Assembly (NCBI GenBank): GCA_050953065.1
Contig: JBMNLZ010000003.1
Location: 448,001-512,000 of the forward strand
Direction: 5' to 3'
Origin: Bacilli bacterium
GTDB lineage: Bacteria; Bacillota_I; Bacilli_A; ML615J-28; CAG-698
DNA length: 64,000 nucleotides
A program made the position numbers and the translations under genes. Under the pieces are notes generated by a model that did no database searches, was not told the DNA's origin, and was given only the letters and a program-made list of their open reading frames with translations. Positions 21,796 through 33,173 of the stretch are shown here, piece by piece; the first letter of the stretch is position 1, and each line of letters begins with the position of its first letter.

Positions 21796-23903
21796 TACTT
21801 CTTATCAGTTTTAGATTCTTTTGAATCCTTTTTTATTTCTTCTTTTTCAGGTGCTTTTTTAACTGATTTCTTTTGAGGTGTTTTTGTTTCTTTTACTTCA
21901 GGTTCTTCCTTTTCTTCTTTAGATGCTTCTAAAGAGACCTTCTTAGCTTCTTCTTGAGCTGCTTTTAATTTCTCTTCAAGAATTTTATTTAATTCTTGTT
22001 CTTTTTCTTTAGCTATCTTTTCAGCTTCAACTCTTTCTTTTTTCTTTTCCCACCAAGAAAGTTTTCCTTTATCTACTAATTCATAGATATCTTCTTTATT
22101 AAGAGTTTCAATTTCCATTAAATGATCAGCAATCAAAATAAGTAAAGCTTTATTTTCAGTTAAAACTTTCTTACCTCTATTATAACATTCATCAATGATT
22201 GTTCTAACAGCATGGTCAATTTCAAAAGCAACTTGATCTGAGAAATTCTTATCAGTCATATAATCACGACCTAAGAAAACTGATTGTGATTGACGTTCAT
22301 ATTGAATTGGACCTAAATCACTCATTCCATATTCTGTAACCATAGCACGAGCAATTTGAGTTGCTTTTCTAAAGTCATCATGTGCACCTGTTGTTATTTC
22401 AGATGTCATAAGCTCTTCAGCAATTCTTCCACCTAAAAGTCCTGTAATAGTATCTAATAATCCTTGTTTAGTTTGTAAGAAACGTTCTTCTTCTGGAGTC
22501 ATCATTGAATATCCTCCAGCCATTCCACGAGGAACAATTGTTACTTTTTGAACAATTGCAGCACTCTTTAATTTAATACCTAAAATTGCATGACCTGATT
22601 CATGATATGAAACCAATCTTTTTTCTTCATCTGAATATTTTCTACTCTTCTTAGCTGGTCCCATTAAAACTCTATCGATTGCTTCATCGATATCATAAAT
22701 TTTAATTTCTTTACGATTTTCTCTTGCAGCAAGAAGAGCAGCTTCGTTAAGTAAGTTTTCCAAATCAGCACCACTAAAACCTGGAGTTCTTTTAGCAATA
22801 TCTTCAAAATTAATTGAAGAAGAAATTTTTTTATTTCTAGCATGAACATGTAATATTGCTTCTCTACCTCTTACATCAGGATTTGAAATAACTATTTGTC
22901 TATCAAATCTTCCCGGTCTAAGTAGGGCAGGGTCAAGTACGTCTGGTCTATTAGTTGCAGCAATTATAATAATTCCACTATTATCAGAAAAACCATCCAT
23001 CTCAGCTAATAATTGGTTTAGAGTTTGTTCTCTTTCATCGTGTCCTCCACCAAGCCCTGCTCCTCTTTGACGACCTACAGCATCAATTTCATCAATAAAG
23101 ATTAAGCAAGGTGCATTTCTTTTAGCAACCTTAAACATATCTCTAACTCTACTTGCTCCAACTCCAACAAACATCTCAACAAAATCAGATCCTGAAATTG
23201 AATAAAAAGGTACATTAGCTTCTCCTGCTACAGCTCTTGCAAGTAATGTTTTACCAGTCCCAGGAGGCCCTGATAATAAAATTCCTTTTGGAATTCTTGC
23301 ACCAATTTCAAAATATTTTTTAGGTGACTTTAAAAAGTCAATTATTTCTTCTAATTCTTGTTTTTCTTCATCACATCCAGCAACATCTTTAAAAGTTGTA
23401 GTTTTCTTTGTAGTTAACATTGCTCTGTTTTTTCCAAACTCAAAAGCTCTGTTATTACTCTTGCCAGCACTTTTCATGATGAAGACCATTACACCAACTA
23501 TTAAAATTAGTGGTAAGATTGCGAAGAAGAATATCGATAACCAATCAACATTCTTAACGCCTCTATTTTCAAAAATATAACTTGCTCCATATGAATCTTC
23601 TTCAATTCTATATTTTAATTCTTCACCTATAACAACATGAAATTTTCTTTCAGCACCACCAGATTTATAAATACCATTTATATTATATAACTTTTGGTTA
23701 GCACCATCTCCATAAGGAGTAGCTGTAATTTCAGTAACATTGTCTGCTTCTAAAATTTCTAAGAAACGACCTACAGTTAACTCTTCTGGTTTTGCTGTTA
23801 AATTTGAGAAGAAATAAATTATTGAAGCAGCCATTAAGACCATTACAATAATTAATATTATATTGTTTTTCTTAGGAGCTTTAGTTTGTTTACTATTTGC
23901 CAT
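21795..23903 (-). CDS. ftsH: ATP-dependent zinc metalloprotease FtsH
   Basis: Two TM helices, [23 protein letters not shown] zinc motif. Confidence 0.98.
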   Translation of the reverse strand: MANSKQTKAPKKNNIILIIVMVLMAASIIYFFSNLTAKPEELTVGRFLEILEADNVTEITATPYGDGANQKLYNINGIYKSGGAERKFHVVIGEELKYRIEEDSYGASYIFENRGVKNVDWLSIFFFAILPLILIVGVMVFIMKSAGKSNNRAFEFGKNRAMLTTKKTTTFKDVAGCDEEKQELEEIIDFLKSPKKYFEIGARIPKGILLSGPPGTGKTLLARAVAGEANVPFYSISGSDFVEMFVGVGASRVRDMFKVAKRNAPCLIFIDEIDAVGRQRGAGLGGGHDEREQTLNQLLAEMDGFSDNSGIIIIAATNRPDVLDPALLRPGRFDRQIVISNPDVRGREAILHVHARNKKISSSINFEDIAKRTPGFSGADLENLLNEAALLAARENRKEIKIYDIDEAIDRVLMGPAKKSRKYSDEEKRLVSYHESGHAILGIKLKSAAIVQKVTIVPRGMAGGYSMMTPEEERFLQTKQGLLDTITGLLGGRIAEELMTSEITTGAHDDFRKATQIARAMVTEYGMSDLGPIQYERQSQSVFLGRDYMTDKNFSDQVAFEIDHAVRTIIDECYNRGKKVLTENKALLILIADHLMEIETLNKEDIYELVDKGKLSWWEKKKERVEAEKIAKEKEQELNKILEEKLKAAQEEAKKVSLEASKEEKEEPEVKETKTPQKKSVKKAPEKEEIKKDSKESKTDKK

Positions 23904-23906
23904 CCT

Positions 23907-24458
23907 TTATTCTCCTTTTGTATAAACTTTCTCATCTAAAACACCTACATAAGGTAGGTTTCTATATAACCCATTATAATCAAGTCCAAAGCCAACTACG
24001 AATTCATTAGGAATTTCAACTCCTAAATATTTAATTTCTAAATCCTTAACTAATCTTCTACCAGGCTTATTTAATAATGCCGCAATTTCAATTGATTTAA
24101 CTTTTCTTTGTTTTAATAAATTAATAACATAAGCAACTGTAATACCTGTATCAATAATATCTTCAATTAAAATAATATCTCTGTCTTTTAAATCTTGAGT
24201 AATATCTTTTTCAACTCTAACATTACCAGTAGTATTAACACCCTCATAACTTGAAACATCAATAAAGTCCATTTCAACTTCACATGTTATATGTTTAATT
24301 AACTCAGCCATAAAAGGAACACAACCAGTTAAAAGACCAACTAACAGTGGTCTTTTACCTTCATAGTCTTTTGAAATTTGTTTTCCCATACGCTTTGATA
24401 ATTTAACTATTTGTTTTAAATCAAGTAAAATTCTTGAAACATCTGGATCTTTTTTCAT
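23907..24458 (-). CDS. hpt: Hypoxanthine phosphoribosyltransferase
   Basis: ILIEDIIDTG, FVVGFGLDY, YRNLPY; tilS-hpt-ftsH synteny. Confidence 0.96.
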   Translation of the reverse strand: MKKDPDVSRILLDLKQIVKLSKRMGKQISKDYEGKRPLLVGLLTGCVPFMAELIKHITCEVEMDFIDVSSYEGVNTTGNVRVEKDITQDLKDRDIILIEDIIDTGITVAYVINLLKQRKVKSIEIAALLNKPGRRLVKDLEIKYLGVEIPNEFVVGFGLDYNGLYRNLPYVGVLDEKVYTKGE

Positions 24459-25765
24459 ACATTCTCCTTAAACTCTATTAAACAGTCCATTTCTTTTATA
24501 TCTTTTAATTTACTACTTTTTTGATATCCTACAACAAGTAAAATCTCTTCTGTTTTATTGTCTACTACAACCAAAGCATTTTCTCTATCTAGATAACCTA
24601 CCTTTAAATCAATAAATAATTTCTTTAAAGTTTTAGTTCCACTAGCAGTAGAAATCCTATCTCCTATTTCTTTATTTCTAACAGTTAAATCTAAACTATC
24701 AATATTATAACACAAATTAAATAAATTACTATTAAAATTACAATTTTTTTTAGTAACTAAAACATCATATTTTCCAACTGAAGAATATTCTTTTATACTA
24801 TCAATTTTTAAATTAATTTTATTAATTACTAAATTATTTTTAAAAAAATATATATCTTCATATTCTTTTAAAATTGTAAAGTTTAAATAATCTACTTTTA
24901 AATTAGCTTTTTTAGTATTTAGGATTTTAATAATCTCATTAATATTTTGTTTACTTAATTCTTTTTCTTTTAATAAAGAAAATAATAACTCCTCTTTAAA
25001 TTCTTTTTCTAAACTATTAAAACTACTTAATTTAAAACTAAAATATTCATTTGTTTTAAAAACATTTTTTTCTATAAATTCATCGATTTTTGAAACTAAT
25101 AATTTATTCAAAAAACTTAAAGTATTAGAAAACTCTAAAAACCTTTCATGAGCTTTAGAGTTTTCTTTAACCAGACTTGGAATAACATTTTTTCTAATTC
25201 TATTCCTTTCATAAAACTCTTCGCTATTAGTTTTATCTTCAAAATAAATTAAATTTTCTTTTAAAGCATAATTTTTAATTTCTTTTTTAGAAAACTCTAA
25301 TAATGGTCTTACTAAATAAATGTCTTTAAAAGGTGTTATTTCTTTCATCCCACTAATCGCCTCAATACTAGCACCTCTTAAGATTCTCATTAGAATAGTT
25401 TCTATTTGATCATCAGCATGATGAGCCAGACATAAATATTTAATATTCATCTTTTTCATTACTTCTAAATAATATTCATAGCGTAATTTTCTTGCTTCAG
25501 CTTGAAAGTTAGCTTCACTTTCAAACTCTAACCTTTTAACAAAACACTTGATATCTTTCTTCTTACAAAAATCCTTTATAAATTCTTCTTCTTTAAAAGA
25601 TTCAATTCGTTTTTGATGGTTTAAATGGATTACTACTAAATCTAGTTTTAATTTAATTAAAATATCAAGTAAAACCATTGAGTCAATTCCAGTTGAAACT
25701 GCAACGGCTAACTTTTCATTTATTAAATTTTTTTCTTTTAAATTTTTTAAAACTTTTTCTTTCAT
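24455..25765 (-). CDS. tilS: tRNA(Ile)-lysidine synthetase
   Basis: AVSTGIDSM, AHHADDQIET, RPLL, EDKTN, RNRIR. Confidence 0.95.
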   Translation of the reverse strand: MKEKVLKNLKEKNLINEKLAVAVSTGIDSMVLLDILIKLKLDLVVIHLNHQKRIESFKEEEFIKDFCKKKDIKCFVKRLEFESEANFQAEARKLRYEYYLEVMKKMNIKYLCLAHHADDQIETILMRILRGASIEAISGMKEITPFKDIYLVRPLLEFSKKEIKNYALKENLIYFEDKTNSEEFYERNRIRKNVIPSLVKENSKAHERFLEFSNTLSFLNKLLVSKIDEFIEKNVFKTNEYFSFKLSSFNSLEKEFKEELLFSLLKEKELSKQNINEIIKILNTKKANLKVDYLNFTILKEYEDIYFFKNNLVINKINLKIDSIKEYSSVGKYDVLVTKKNCNFNSNLFNLCYNIDSLDLTVRNKEIGDRISTASGTKTLKKLFIDLKVGYLDRENALVVVDNKTEEILLVVGYQKSSKLKDIKEMDCLIEFKENV

Positions 25766-25834
25766 ATTACTTACCTTTTTTAAAAGTCGGTATTACTATT
25801 ATATAACTAATAATACTTTTCTTCAAGAAAAGAA

Positions 25835-25863
25835 TAAACCTTAAAAGCGACTTTTAAGGTTTA
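25835..25863 (-). terminator. Intrinsic terminator after ddh
   Basis: TAAACCTTAAAAG-cga-CTTTTAAGGTTTA. Confidence 0.7.
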
Positions 25864-25868
25864 TATTT

Positions 25869-26846
25869 TTATAACATCTTTTTTCTTAATTCCTCATTTG
25901 ATAAATTTGAAAGTTTTGATAAAGGAATATCAAAAACAGTGATAGCACCAGTTACTCCTTCTTGATGCATTCTATGTAATGCTTGAGCATACGCTACCAT
26001 AATACTTCCTGTAAATTCAGGATTACTGTCAAGTGTTAAACTTAATTCTAATAAATGATTATTTTCATCTGTTGTTTTAGCACTTCTAATAACACACCCT
26101 GCATGAGGTAGCTTATTGTGATTTAAGTTTAATTCTTCTTGCGAAATAAAATGAACTATTACATCATAACCTAAAAAGTAATTAGGCATAGTTTTAATTT
26201 CTTCTTCTACTCTTTTTCTTTCTTCTTTTGTATCGTTTTCTAAAACAACAAAGCATTCTCTTAAATGCATTTCTTGAGATGTTAATTCTTTAGCACTACC
26301 TTCTTTTATACTTCTAAGAACATCAAGTTTTGGTATAGTATATTGTCTTGCATCTAATACCCCAGCAATTTTTCTTATTGCATCAGAATGCCCTTGAGAA
26401 ATTCCTTTTCCCCAGAAAGTATAATTTTTTCCCCTTGGTAAAATACTTTCAAATAAAACTCTGGCCATTGATAAAATTCCAGGATCCCAACCAACAGAAA
26501 TAAGTCCTAAAGTCTTAGCTTCTTTTCCAATTTTATCAAGTTTATTAAAATATTCAGGAATTAAAGCATGTGTATCAAAAGAATCTATGGTATTAAAATC
26601 TTTTAATAACTCTGGTGAAAGAAGAGGTAAATCTTTTTTAGACCCCCCACAAAGAATCAAAACATCGATTTTTTCTTTATATTCTTTAACCTTTGATGCT
26701 TGAATAGTTATGCTATTAAGTGTTCTAATATTTTCTCTTCTAGAAAAGATTCCAACAAGTTCTAAATCACTATTATTTAAAATTGCTAATTCAACACCTT
26801 TTCCAATATTTCCATATCCATATATTCCAATTCTAATTTTAGTCAT
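25869..26846 (-). CDS. ddh: meso-diaminopimelate D-dehydrogenase
   Basis: GYGNIG, DSFDTH, GWDPG, TFWGKGISQGHSDA, SNPEFT. Confidence 0.93.
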   Translation of the reverse strand: MTKIRIGIYGYGNIGKGVELAILNNSDLELVGIFSRRENIRTLNSITIQASKVKEYKEKIDVLILCGGSKKDLPLLSPELLKDFNTIDSFDTHALIPEYFNKLDKIGKEAKTLGLISVGWDPGILSMARVLFESILPRGKNYTFWGKGISQGHSDAIRKIAGVLDARQYTIPKLDVLRSIKEGSAKELTSQEMHLRECFVVLENDTKEERKRVEEEIKTMPNYFLGYDVIVHFISQEELNLNHNKLPHAGCVIRSAKTTDENNHLLELSLTLDSNPEFTGSIMVAYAQALHRMHQEGVTGAITVFDIPLSKLSNLSNEELRKKML

Positions 26847-26858
26847 CGTAATTTTCCT

Positions 26859-27644
26859 TTAAATATGTAATTCTTTTCTTTGAAGCCAGAATGATTCATT
26901 TGGTTTTAAAATTAAAATGTCAATTGGTCCACCTACTGTTTTATAAGTTTGAAAAAACTTCATTGTATCAACCGTTGTTTTAATCGCAAAAGTTGCGAAA
27001 TCAACACCATCTTGAAGCGACATAAAATCCCAAGGAACATTTAACTCAGGCATTACAGTAATATCTTCTTGACTAATTAAAATTCCATTATCAATTTTCT
27101 TTTCAACATTATCTTTATTTAAAGTAATATTATTTAAAGCTAATACTTTTTCAGGAGAAGCAATATAAGCATGCTTGATTAATCTAGTTAAGACTTGGAT
27201 TTCTCCATCCCAAGTAGCTCCACATGTATCAGATGAAGGAAGTGGAACAATATTTTTAGTTAATAAATGAACTTTATAAACTTTTCTTTTATTATCCTTA
27301 TATCCTGCTACATGGAAAAAGACATTCATTTTAACTTTAGCTTTTGTTAGAAAATCAACTAATAATAAAGGTACTTCATCAATTGTTGTTTCTTTTGTTA
27401 ATACTCTTCTATCAAATTCGTTGATATAATAACTAATCATTTTTTTATCATAAACTACATCACCACAAGCACTAATCCCAATCCTATTCTTACATAAAAA
27501 AGTTTTATAAGAAGTATCAAGATAATGAATCCCAGGGTTTGTTACTGTTTGACCTTCTTTTTGAGTTGTAACAGCATAAGTCATTCTAGAATCACTTGCC
27601 ATTACAATCCCTTCATTTGTATAAACTGTAATAATTAAAGACAT
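26859..27644 (-). CDS. Ntn-hydrolase, proteasome beta-subunit-like protein
   Basis: (M)SLIITVYTNEGIVMASDSR, SYKTF, C-terminal TVGGPIDI. Confidence 0.65.
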   Translation of the reverse strand: MSLIITVYTNEGIVMASDSRMTYAVTTQKEGQTVTNPGIHYLDTSYKTFLCKNRIGISACGDVVYDKKMISYYINEFDRRVLTKETTIDEVPLLLVDFLTKAKVKMNVFFHVAGYKDNKRKVYKVHLLTKNIVPLPSSDTCGATWDGEIQVLTRLIKHAYIASPEKVLALNNITLNKDNVEKKIDNGILISQEDITVMPELNVPWDFMSLQDGVDFATFAIKTTVDTMKFFQTYKTVGGPIDILILKPNESFWLQRKELHI

Positions 27645-27645
27645 C

Positions 27646-28140
27646 TTAAACACCATCCTTTTTCTTATTTTTCTTATTAAATAATTTATCCACTAAAATT
27701 CCATAAACAAAGCCTACAGGAAGACTAACTACTACTCCTAGTAATAAAACATTTAGACTATAAAAGTCGATTACAAGTGAAAATAGAGTCCCTAAAATTG
27801 AATATACAACTACTAAAACAAAATAGATAACACTTCTTCTAAAGTTATACTTTAAAAGGCTTTTTTTAAAAATTCTTTTTATAATAAACGTAGTTAAAGC
27901 TAATATACCAATTACTAATTCAATATACCAATACTTAATAAAGAATGATAATACTACCTGAAAAACTAATAAGATATTAGTTTTATCTAATAGATAAAAC
28001 CTTTTAAAGATCTCTAAATACCCTATAAAACTATATTTTTTTTCCTCATAAAAGTTTGCAATTTCATTTAAGATATTTATGATTAATATAATAAATACAA
28101 TAAAGGTAAAGTAATGACTAATTATTTTTATAGTTTCCAT
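27646..28140 (-). CDS. Hypothetical membrane protein
   Basis: About 5 hydrophobic segments; tightly packed in the operon. Confidence 0.6.
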   Translation of the reverse strand: METIKIISHYFTFIVFIILIINILNEIANFYEEKKYSFIGYLEIFKRFYLLDKTNILLVFQVVLSFFIKYWYIELVIGILALTTFIIKRIFKKSLLKYNFRRSVIYFVLVVVYSILGTLFSLVIDFYSLNVLLLGVVVSLPVGFVYGILVDKLFNKKNKKKDGV

Positions 28141-28142
28141 AA

Positions 28143-30347
28143 TTACTCTATCTCTTCTTCTTGATTATTTAAAAGATTTATATTATCAAGCCAATTATAA
28201 TAAATTGTATTTTCAAATAAACTATCATCATAGATTAACCTTGATTTATTAATCGCTAGATAATTAACCTTTTGATAAACAGGTAGTTCAGTAGATGCAT
28301 TGATTAATTCTTCTTTTAAAGTTAAAAAGATTTCTTTTATTTCATTAGACTCTAATTCTAAAACTAAAGAGTCTAACAATTGATCTATTTCTAAATCATT
28401 TATTTTAAAATAATTAGATTGATTAGCCTCAGTTCCAATTGATGTTGAATGGTATTTATTATTAATATTAATTGTATTAACATTAGAGATAAACTCGATA
28501 AAAAAATCTGCTTTATTATCTTTAATATCTCTTATGTATTCTGCTTCTGTTTTACTATAAACAAGTTCTACTAAAATGCCTTTTGTTTCTAAAACAGCTT
28601 TCACTTCGGCTGCAAGTCTACTTAGTAGTGGAGTTGCAGAAGTAGAAATATATAATTTGTAATTTAAACTATTACCTTCACTTGCTAAAGTGAATTTTTT
28701 TATATCAGTATCATATACGAAGCCTTCATTAATTAAAATTTCAATAAAAGATTCTAAAGCAATATTTTGTTTATTAATATTTAAAGTATTAGCATTATAT
28801 AATTCTATACTATCTTTAAAATTATAAATATAACCATTAGGATTATTAAAAGCAATTGTTCTACTATCATAGAAATTATTGAGTAATTCTGCTTGATCAC
28901 TTAAAGTATTAACAATAGCTTTAAAACGATAACTCGCAAAAAGTATTAAAAAAGCATATCTAACATTTTTAGATGTTATTTTTTCTTGGTTTAAACCTAA
29001 GTAACCATAGCCTTCAAAGAAATTCTTTTTTAAAGAAATAGATTCTTTATCTTTAAAAACAGTAATCTCACTAGCCAAAAGTGGACTTGAAATCATATCA
29101 ATCGTACTACTTTCTAAAGCATTTTTAATTTCGGCTTTAGCTAATTTTCTAAATTGAACAAATTCTAATTTAGCTTCCCCTAAATAATAATTTGGACTAG
29201 CTTCAAAAAAAATCGTTTGGTTTTCTTCCTTAACAAACTTATATGCTCCAAGACCATAATTAACACCTTTTTCTCTAATAGCATCTAAGTTTTCTTTTTC
29301 AACTCCAAAATTATTTAAACTATAATTATATTCTGTTACCTCAAATGCTTTCCTTGGTACAAGAAAAATATTTCTAAATTTATATATATCTAAAGAATTA
29401 AATTGTTTAACATCTATTGTTAGAGTTAAATCATCAACTCTTGAAATACCACTAATATTTTCTACTGTTTCAGATGAGTTTTTTCTAGCAAGAACTAATC
29501 TAATTACATCTTTAATTTCTTTATAAAAATAATTTTGACTTCCATAGAAAATATGACCTAGCATTTTATAATTATATTCATATTGCTCTGCTAAATCATT
29601 TAAAACTTCAGTTTCAGTTTTATCCGTTGAATCATATGAAATATCACGTCTATATAGACTTGCGAAAGCATCTTTTGGATTTTCATAGACACTTTGATAA
29701 AGTGAACCTCTTAAGTATTCATCTTTCATTTCTTCTAATTTTAAAAACAATTTTTGATAAATAAAATCTTTTATTGCATCAAGTGCTTCACTTGATGGAG
29801 TGCTTAATTCTATTTCAACCTCACTATCTGTAATACTTTCAAATAAAGGATTGTTTAATTGGTAATTTTTTAATCCTTTAATCTCTAAACTATTGATTAA
29901 AACTTTTCCATCATATGTTTTATCTAATAAAACATATAAAGAAAAAATCAAATCATCAATTGAGGCAACATCTCCATTTGAAAAGATTAAACCTTCTTTT
30001 AAAACAATTGTATATCTTGCTTCATTTGCTTCATTTACAGAAACTGTAATATCAGAAATCCCTTGATACGTATAATCTAGATCTTTATATTTTTCAGTGT
30101 ATAGATTACTTCCAACTAAAACTCCACATCTAGAAAAAAGAAAAGCAGGAGAATGAATCATTTTTACAACATCTATACTTACATCATCAAAAAAGAAAGG
30201 ATTGTAATTACTACTTAAATTATCATAGCCTACTACAAAAGGAGTTGAAGCATCTATTTTATCTGGGTTTTTCTTTTTCTTACCACAGCCTGTAAATATG
30301 GCTAATAAAATGATTAAAAGAAAAATTAAACTTCTTTTTAAATTCAT
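28143..30347 (-). CDS. ABC transporter substrate-binding lipoprotein (family 5, OppA-like)
   Basis: Lipobox FTGC; LKEGLIFSNGD..SIDDLIFS, YGLGAYKF, NYYLGEAK, GYGYLGLN, ELPVYQ. Confidence 0.8.
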   Translation of the reverse strand: MNLKRSLIFLLIILLAIFTGCGKKKKNPDKIDASTPFVVGYDNLSSNYNPFFFDDVSIDVVKMIHSPAFLFSRCGVLVGSNLYTEKYKDLDYTYQGISDITVSVNEANEARYTIVLKEGLIFSNGDVASIDDLIFSLYVLLDKTYDGKVLINSLEIKGLKNYQLNNPLFESITDSEVEIELSTPSSEALDAIKDFIYQKLFLKLEEMKDEYLRGSLYQSVYENPKDAFASLYRRDISYDSTDKTETEVLNDLAEQYEYNYKMLGHIFYGSQNYFYKEIKDVIRLVLARKNSSETVENISGISRVDDLTLTIDVKQFNSLDIYKFRNIFLVPRKAFEVTEYNYSLNNFGVEKENLDAIREKGVNYGLGAYKFVKEENQTIFFEASPNYYLGEAKLEFVQFRKLAKAEIKNALESSTIDMISSPLLASEITVFKDKESISLKKNFFEGYGYLGLNQEKITSKNVRYAFLILFASYRFKAIVNTLSDQAELLNNFYDSRTIAFNNPNGYIYNFKDSIELYNANTLNINKQNIALESFIEILINEGFVYDTDIKKFTLASEGNSLNYKLYISTSATPLLSRLAAEVKAVLETKGILVELVYSKTEAEYIRDIKDNKADFFIEFISNVNTININNKYHSTSIGTEANQSNYFKINDLEIDQLLDSLVLELESNEIKEIFLTLKEELINASTELPVYQKVNYLAINKSRLIYDDSLFENTIYYNWLDNINLLNNQEEEIE

Positions 30348-30381
30348 TTTTTCTATTCTCCTTTCTTTTTTAAAATTTTTT

Positions 30382-31122
30382 TTAAATAACTACTTCTTTT
30401 TCTTTTTTTAAATCTAAAACTATTAAAGCTATTCCAAAACCAATCAAAACTAAACTTAAGGCTTGAGATGGTGAGATAAAAATAAAACTTCCTCTATCAT
30501 CTCCTCTTAAAAATTCAATTAAAAATCTAAAAATTCCATAACTTATAGCATAAATTATAAACTCTTTTTTCTTAACCAAATATTTTAAAACTATAAATAA
30601 ACTAACCAAAAATAAGCTTTCAAAAAGCTGAGTTGGTAAAACTTTAACTCCTTCTTCTAAATATGGAAAGTGAACTCCTAAAAAACTATTAGTTTCAATT
30701 CCATAACAACATCCTGCCATAAAGCAACCAAGTCTACCTATAGCATGAGCAATTAAGATGGGAGGTGTAAAAAGATTAAGGAGATTTAAAATATTTCCTT
30801 TTTCTTCTTTTAAGATGAATTTTGAAAGGATTAAAAAACTAATTATTCCAAAAAATAACCCTCCAAAAAAAGTTAACCCATATAGTTTAAAAATACCCGT
30901 TTCAATAAAATGAAACAATGCATCAAACAAAATCGCCCCAAGATAAGCAAAGACTAAAGATATTGCTATGACTATTAAAATCTTATTAACTCTTTTTTTA
31001 TCATATTTATGCTTTACTTCTAAAGCATAAATAATCATCCAAATCATTACTAAAATACCAATACTTAATAAAATATCATAAGTACTAATACTATATCCTA
31101 AAAGATCAATCTGTGGCTTCAC
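30382..31122 (-). CDS. lgt: Prolipoprotein diacylglyceryl transferase
   Basis: GLTFFGG, AIGRLGCFMAGCCYG, PTQLFES, RFLIEFLRGD; GTG start after GAGGTG. Confidence 0.9.
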   Translation of the reverse strand: MKPQIDLLGYSISTYDILLSIGILVMIWMIIYALEVKHKYDKKRVNKILIVIAISLVFAYLGAILFDALFHFIETGIFKLYGLTFFGGLFFGIISFLILSKFILKEEKGNILNLLNLFTPPILIAHAIGRLGCFMAGCCYGIETNSFLGVHFPYLEEGVKVLPTQLFESLFLVSLFIVLKYLVKKKEFIIYAISYGIFRFLIEFLRGDDRGSFIFISPSQALSLVLIGFGIALIVLDLKKEKEVVI

Positions 31123-33160
31123 TAAACACCTCTTTAAAGATATTATATTTAAGCAATTTATCATTAAAATCTTTATAACTAAAATAACGATTTAATGCAT
31201 CATTTAATATTTTATTACTTTTTTTATCTTCATCAAAGAAATAAACTTCTTTTGAAACACTTGATAAAACAAAGTCTTCCGTAAAGATATCACCATTTCT
31301 TGGGTTATAACAAAAGCCATCTATACTAGATAAAATACTCAATCCAAAGCGATAGGTTCTATTTAAATTAAAGCAATCATGAATAGTCCTACAAATATCT
31401 GCCTCACTTCTTACTTTAGTAATAAAGTAAGTTTCATCTACACCACTTTTATCATAAATAATAAATGGTACTTGCTGGTTAGTTAAACGATATAATAACT
31501 TCTTTTCATATTCTTCTAAACCTGGAGTTAAAAATTTAATTGGATTTAATTCATTAGTAAAAGTATTTCTATTAGTAAAGAAATCATCATAACTCATACT
31601 AGCACTATGATCTCCATAAAGCATTACAATCGTATCATCAGCCAAACCTACTTCTTCTAAATAATCTAGTGCACTACCAATACAATAATCCAAATAAACA
31701 ATATGCCTTAAATAATTTATCAGTAAACCTTGCATTAAAACTTTTCCTTCAAACCCTAACATTTCTTCTAATGTAGGCATATTAGGATCATTTGAAAAAG
31801 GAGTATGACAAGAAACAGTAATAGGAAATGCGAAAGTCTTTTTTCCTTCTAAAGATTTTTCCTTCATAATATCAATTGTATCTTTAAGTAAATCTTCATC
31901 ATTTATCCAACTATGAATTAAATCATACTTTGAAGTATCAAAATCTTCTAACCCGATATGTTTATCAAAACCATAGATTGCTTCATGGATTGTACCTCTA
32001 TTATAAAATGTTTTAGTGTTCCCATGAATTGAAAAAGTATAATAACCCTTTTCTTTAAAATGAGTTGCTAGTGAATCATATGGTTGATCGATATAGTTAA
32101 AGACAGTAATTCTATCTCCTGTTGGATAAAGTCCAGTCATTACAGAAAACTCAGCATCAGAAGTATTACCAATTCCTACTGCATTATAAAAGTTTTGAGC
32201 ATAATATGTTGTACCTGTCTTTTCTCCTTCTAGACCTAATAGTCTATCAATATTAGGAGTAATTGAATAATAAACAATTTCTTTATCGCTATTTTCTATT
32301 GCAAGTTTTAAACCAATACAATAATTATTTAAAGATTCAGCTTGAATTAAAAGTAAATTCTTACCTTCATAAATTCCACTATTATCTTCATCTCCTAAAT
32401 ATGTTTCAAGTCTTTCTAATACTTCATTTTTCTTATCTTCAAAATTTCTAATTTCTCCTGGAAAAACTGCTCTAAAAGCATCATAGAAATAATAATTCCA
32501 AAGTCCCATTGCTTGAATTCCATAAAGAGGATAGTCATTATCCTCATACCATGTATCTTCTTTTTGATAAGCATATATGCTCATCACATTTATCATTAAT
32601 AAAACTGAAACAACAATTAAAGAAATTCCTAAATAAACTCTATTTTTATGATTATCAAAACTATGATTTCTAAACTCTTTATCTTTTCTTTTTTTATAAA
32701 AAAATCTAATAAATAAAAAAACCATAACAACAGCAGGAAACAATGCAAAAAACTGTGCGTTAGCAATTAAAACAGATAAGGCTCCTAAAACAAAATCCAT
32801 AACCATTCCCCCACCACCAGGATTAGTAAATGAATCTAAATTAGAAAAAGAAAACATCATATTATAATTATAAAAGTAAATACTTAATAAAACACTTAAG
32901 ACACTTAAAATAATTGACACAATCATTAAGTATCTTGTTCTTCTAAAATCAGACTTTATAATTAAGACTCCAAGTGCTATAAAGAAAAGCATTACTCCGA
33001 ACTCTCCAATAATATAATTTACAACCATAAAGAAAGTTCTATTATAAGGACTTAAGTTTTTATTAAAAATTATGGTAGTTAGAAGAAAGCCGTTAATCAT
33101 ATTAGTTACAATAAAAGCAATAATATAAATAACCTGTCTTCTTTTATCTTTTTGTTCCAT
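31106..33160 (-). CDS. LTA-synthase-family (sulfatase-fold) phosphoglycerol transferase
   Basis: 5 TM helices, NLLLIQAES, GNTSDAEF (catalytic Thr), HGN, HTPF, YGDH. Confidence 0.85.
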   Translation of the reverse strand: MEQKDKRRQVIYIIAFIVTNMINGFLLTTIIFNKNLSPYNRTFFMVVNYIIGEFGVMLFFIALGVLIIKSDFRRTRYLMIVSIILSVLSVLLSIYFYNYNMMFSFSNLDSFTNPGGGGMVMDFVLGALSVLIANAQFFALFPAVVMVFLFIRFFYKKRKDKEFRNHSFDNHKNRVYLGISLIVVSVLLMINVMSIYAYQKEDTWYEDNDYPLYGIQAMGLWNYYFYDAFRAVFPGEIRNFEDKKNEVLERLETYLGDEDNSGIYEGKNLLLIQAESLNNYCIGLKLAIENSDKEIVYYSITPNIDRLLGLEGEKTGTTYYAQNFYNAVGIGNTSDAEFSVMTGLYPTGDRITVFNYIDQPYDSLATHFKEKGYYTFSIHGNTKTFYNRGTIHEAIYGFDKHIGLEDFDTSKYDLIHSWINDEDLLKDTIDIMKEKSLEGKKTFAFPITVSCHTPFSNDPNMPTLEEMLGFEGKVLMQGLLINYLRHIVYLDYCIGSALDYLEEVGLADDTIVMLYGDHSASMSYDDFFTNRNTFTNELNPIKFLTPGLEEYEKKLLYRLTNQQVPFIIYDKSGVDETYFITKVRSEADICRTIHDCFNLNRTYRFGLSILSSIDGFCYNPRNGDIFTEDFVLSSVSKEVYFFDEDKKSNKILNDALNRYFSYKDFNDKLLKYNIFKEVFSEATD

Positions 33161-33173
33161 TTTTTAACTTCTT

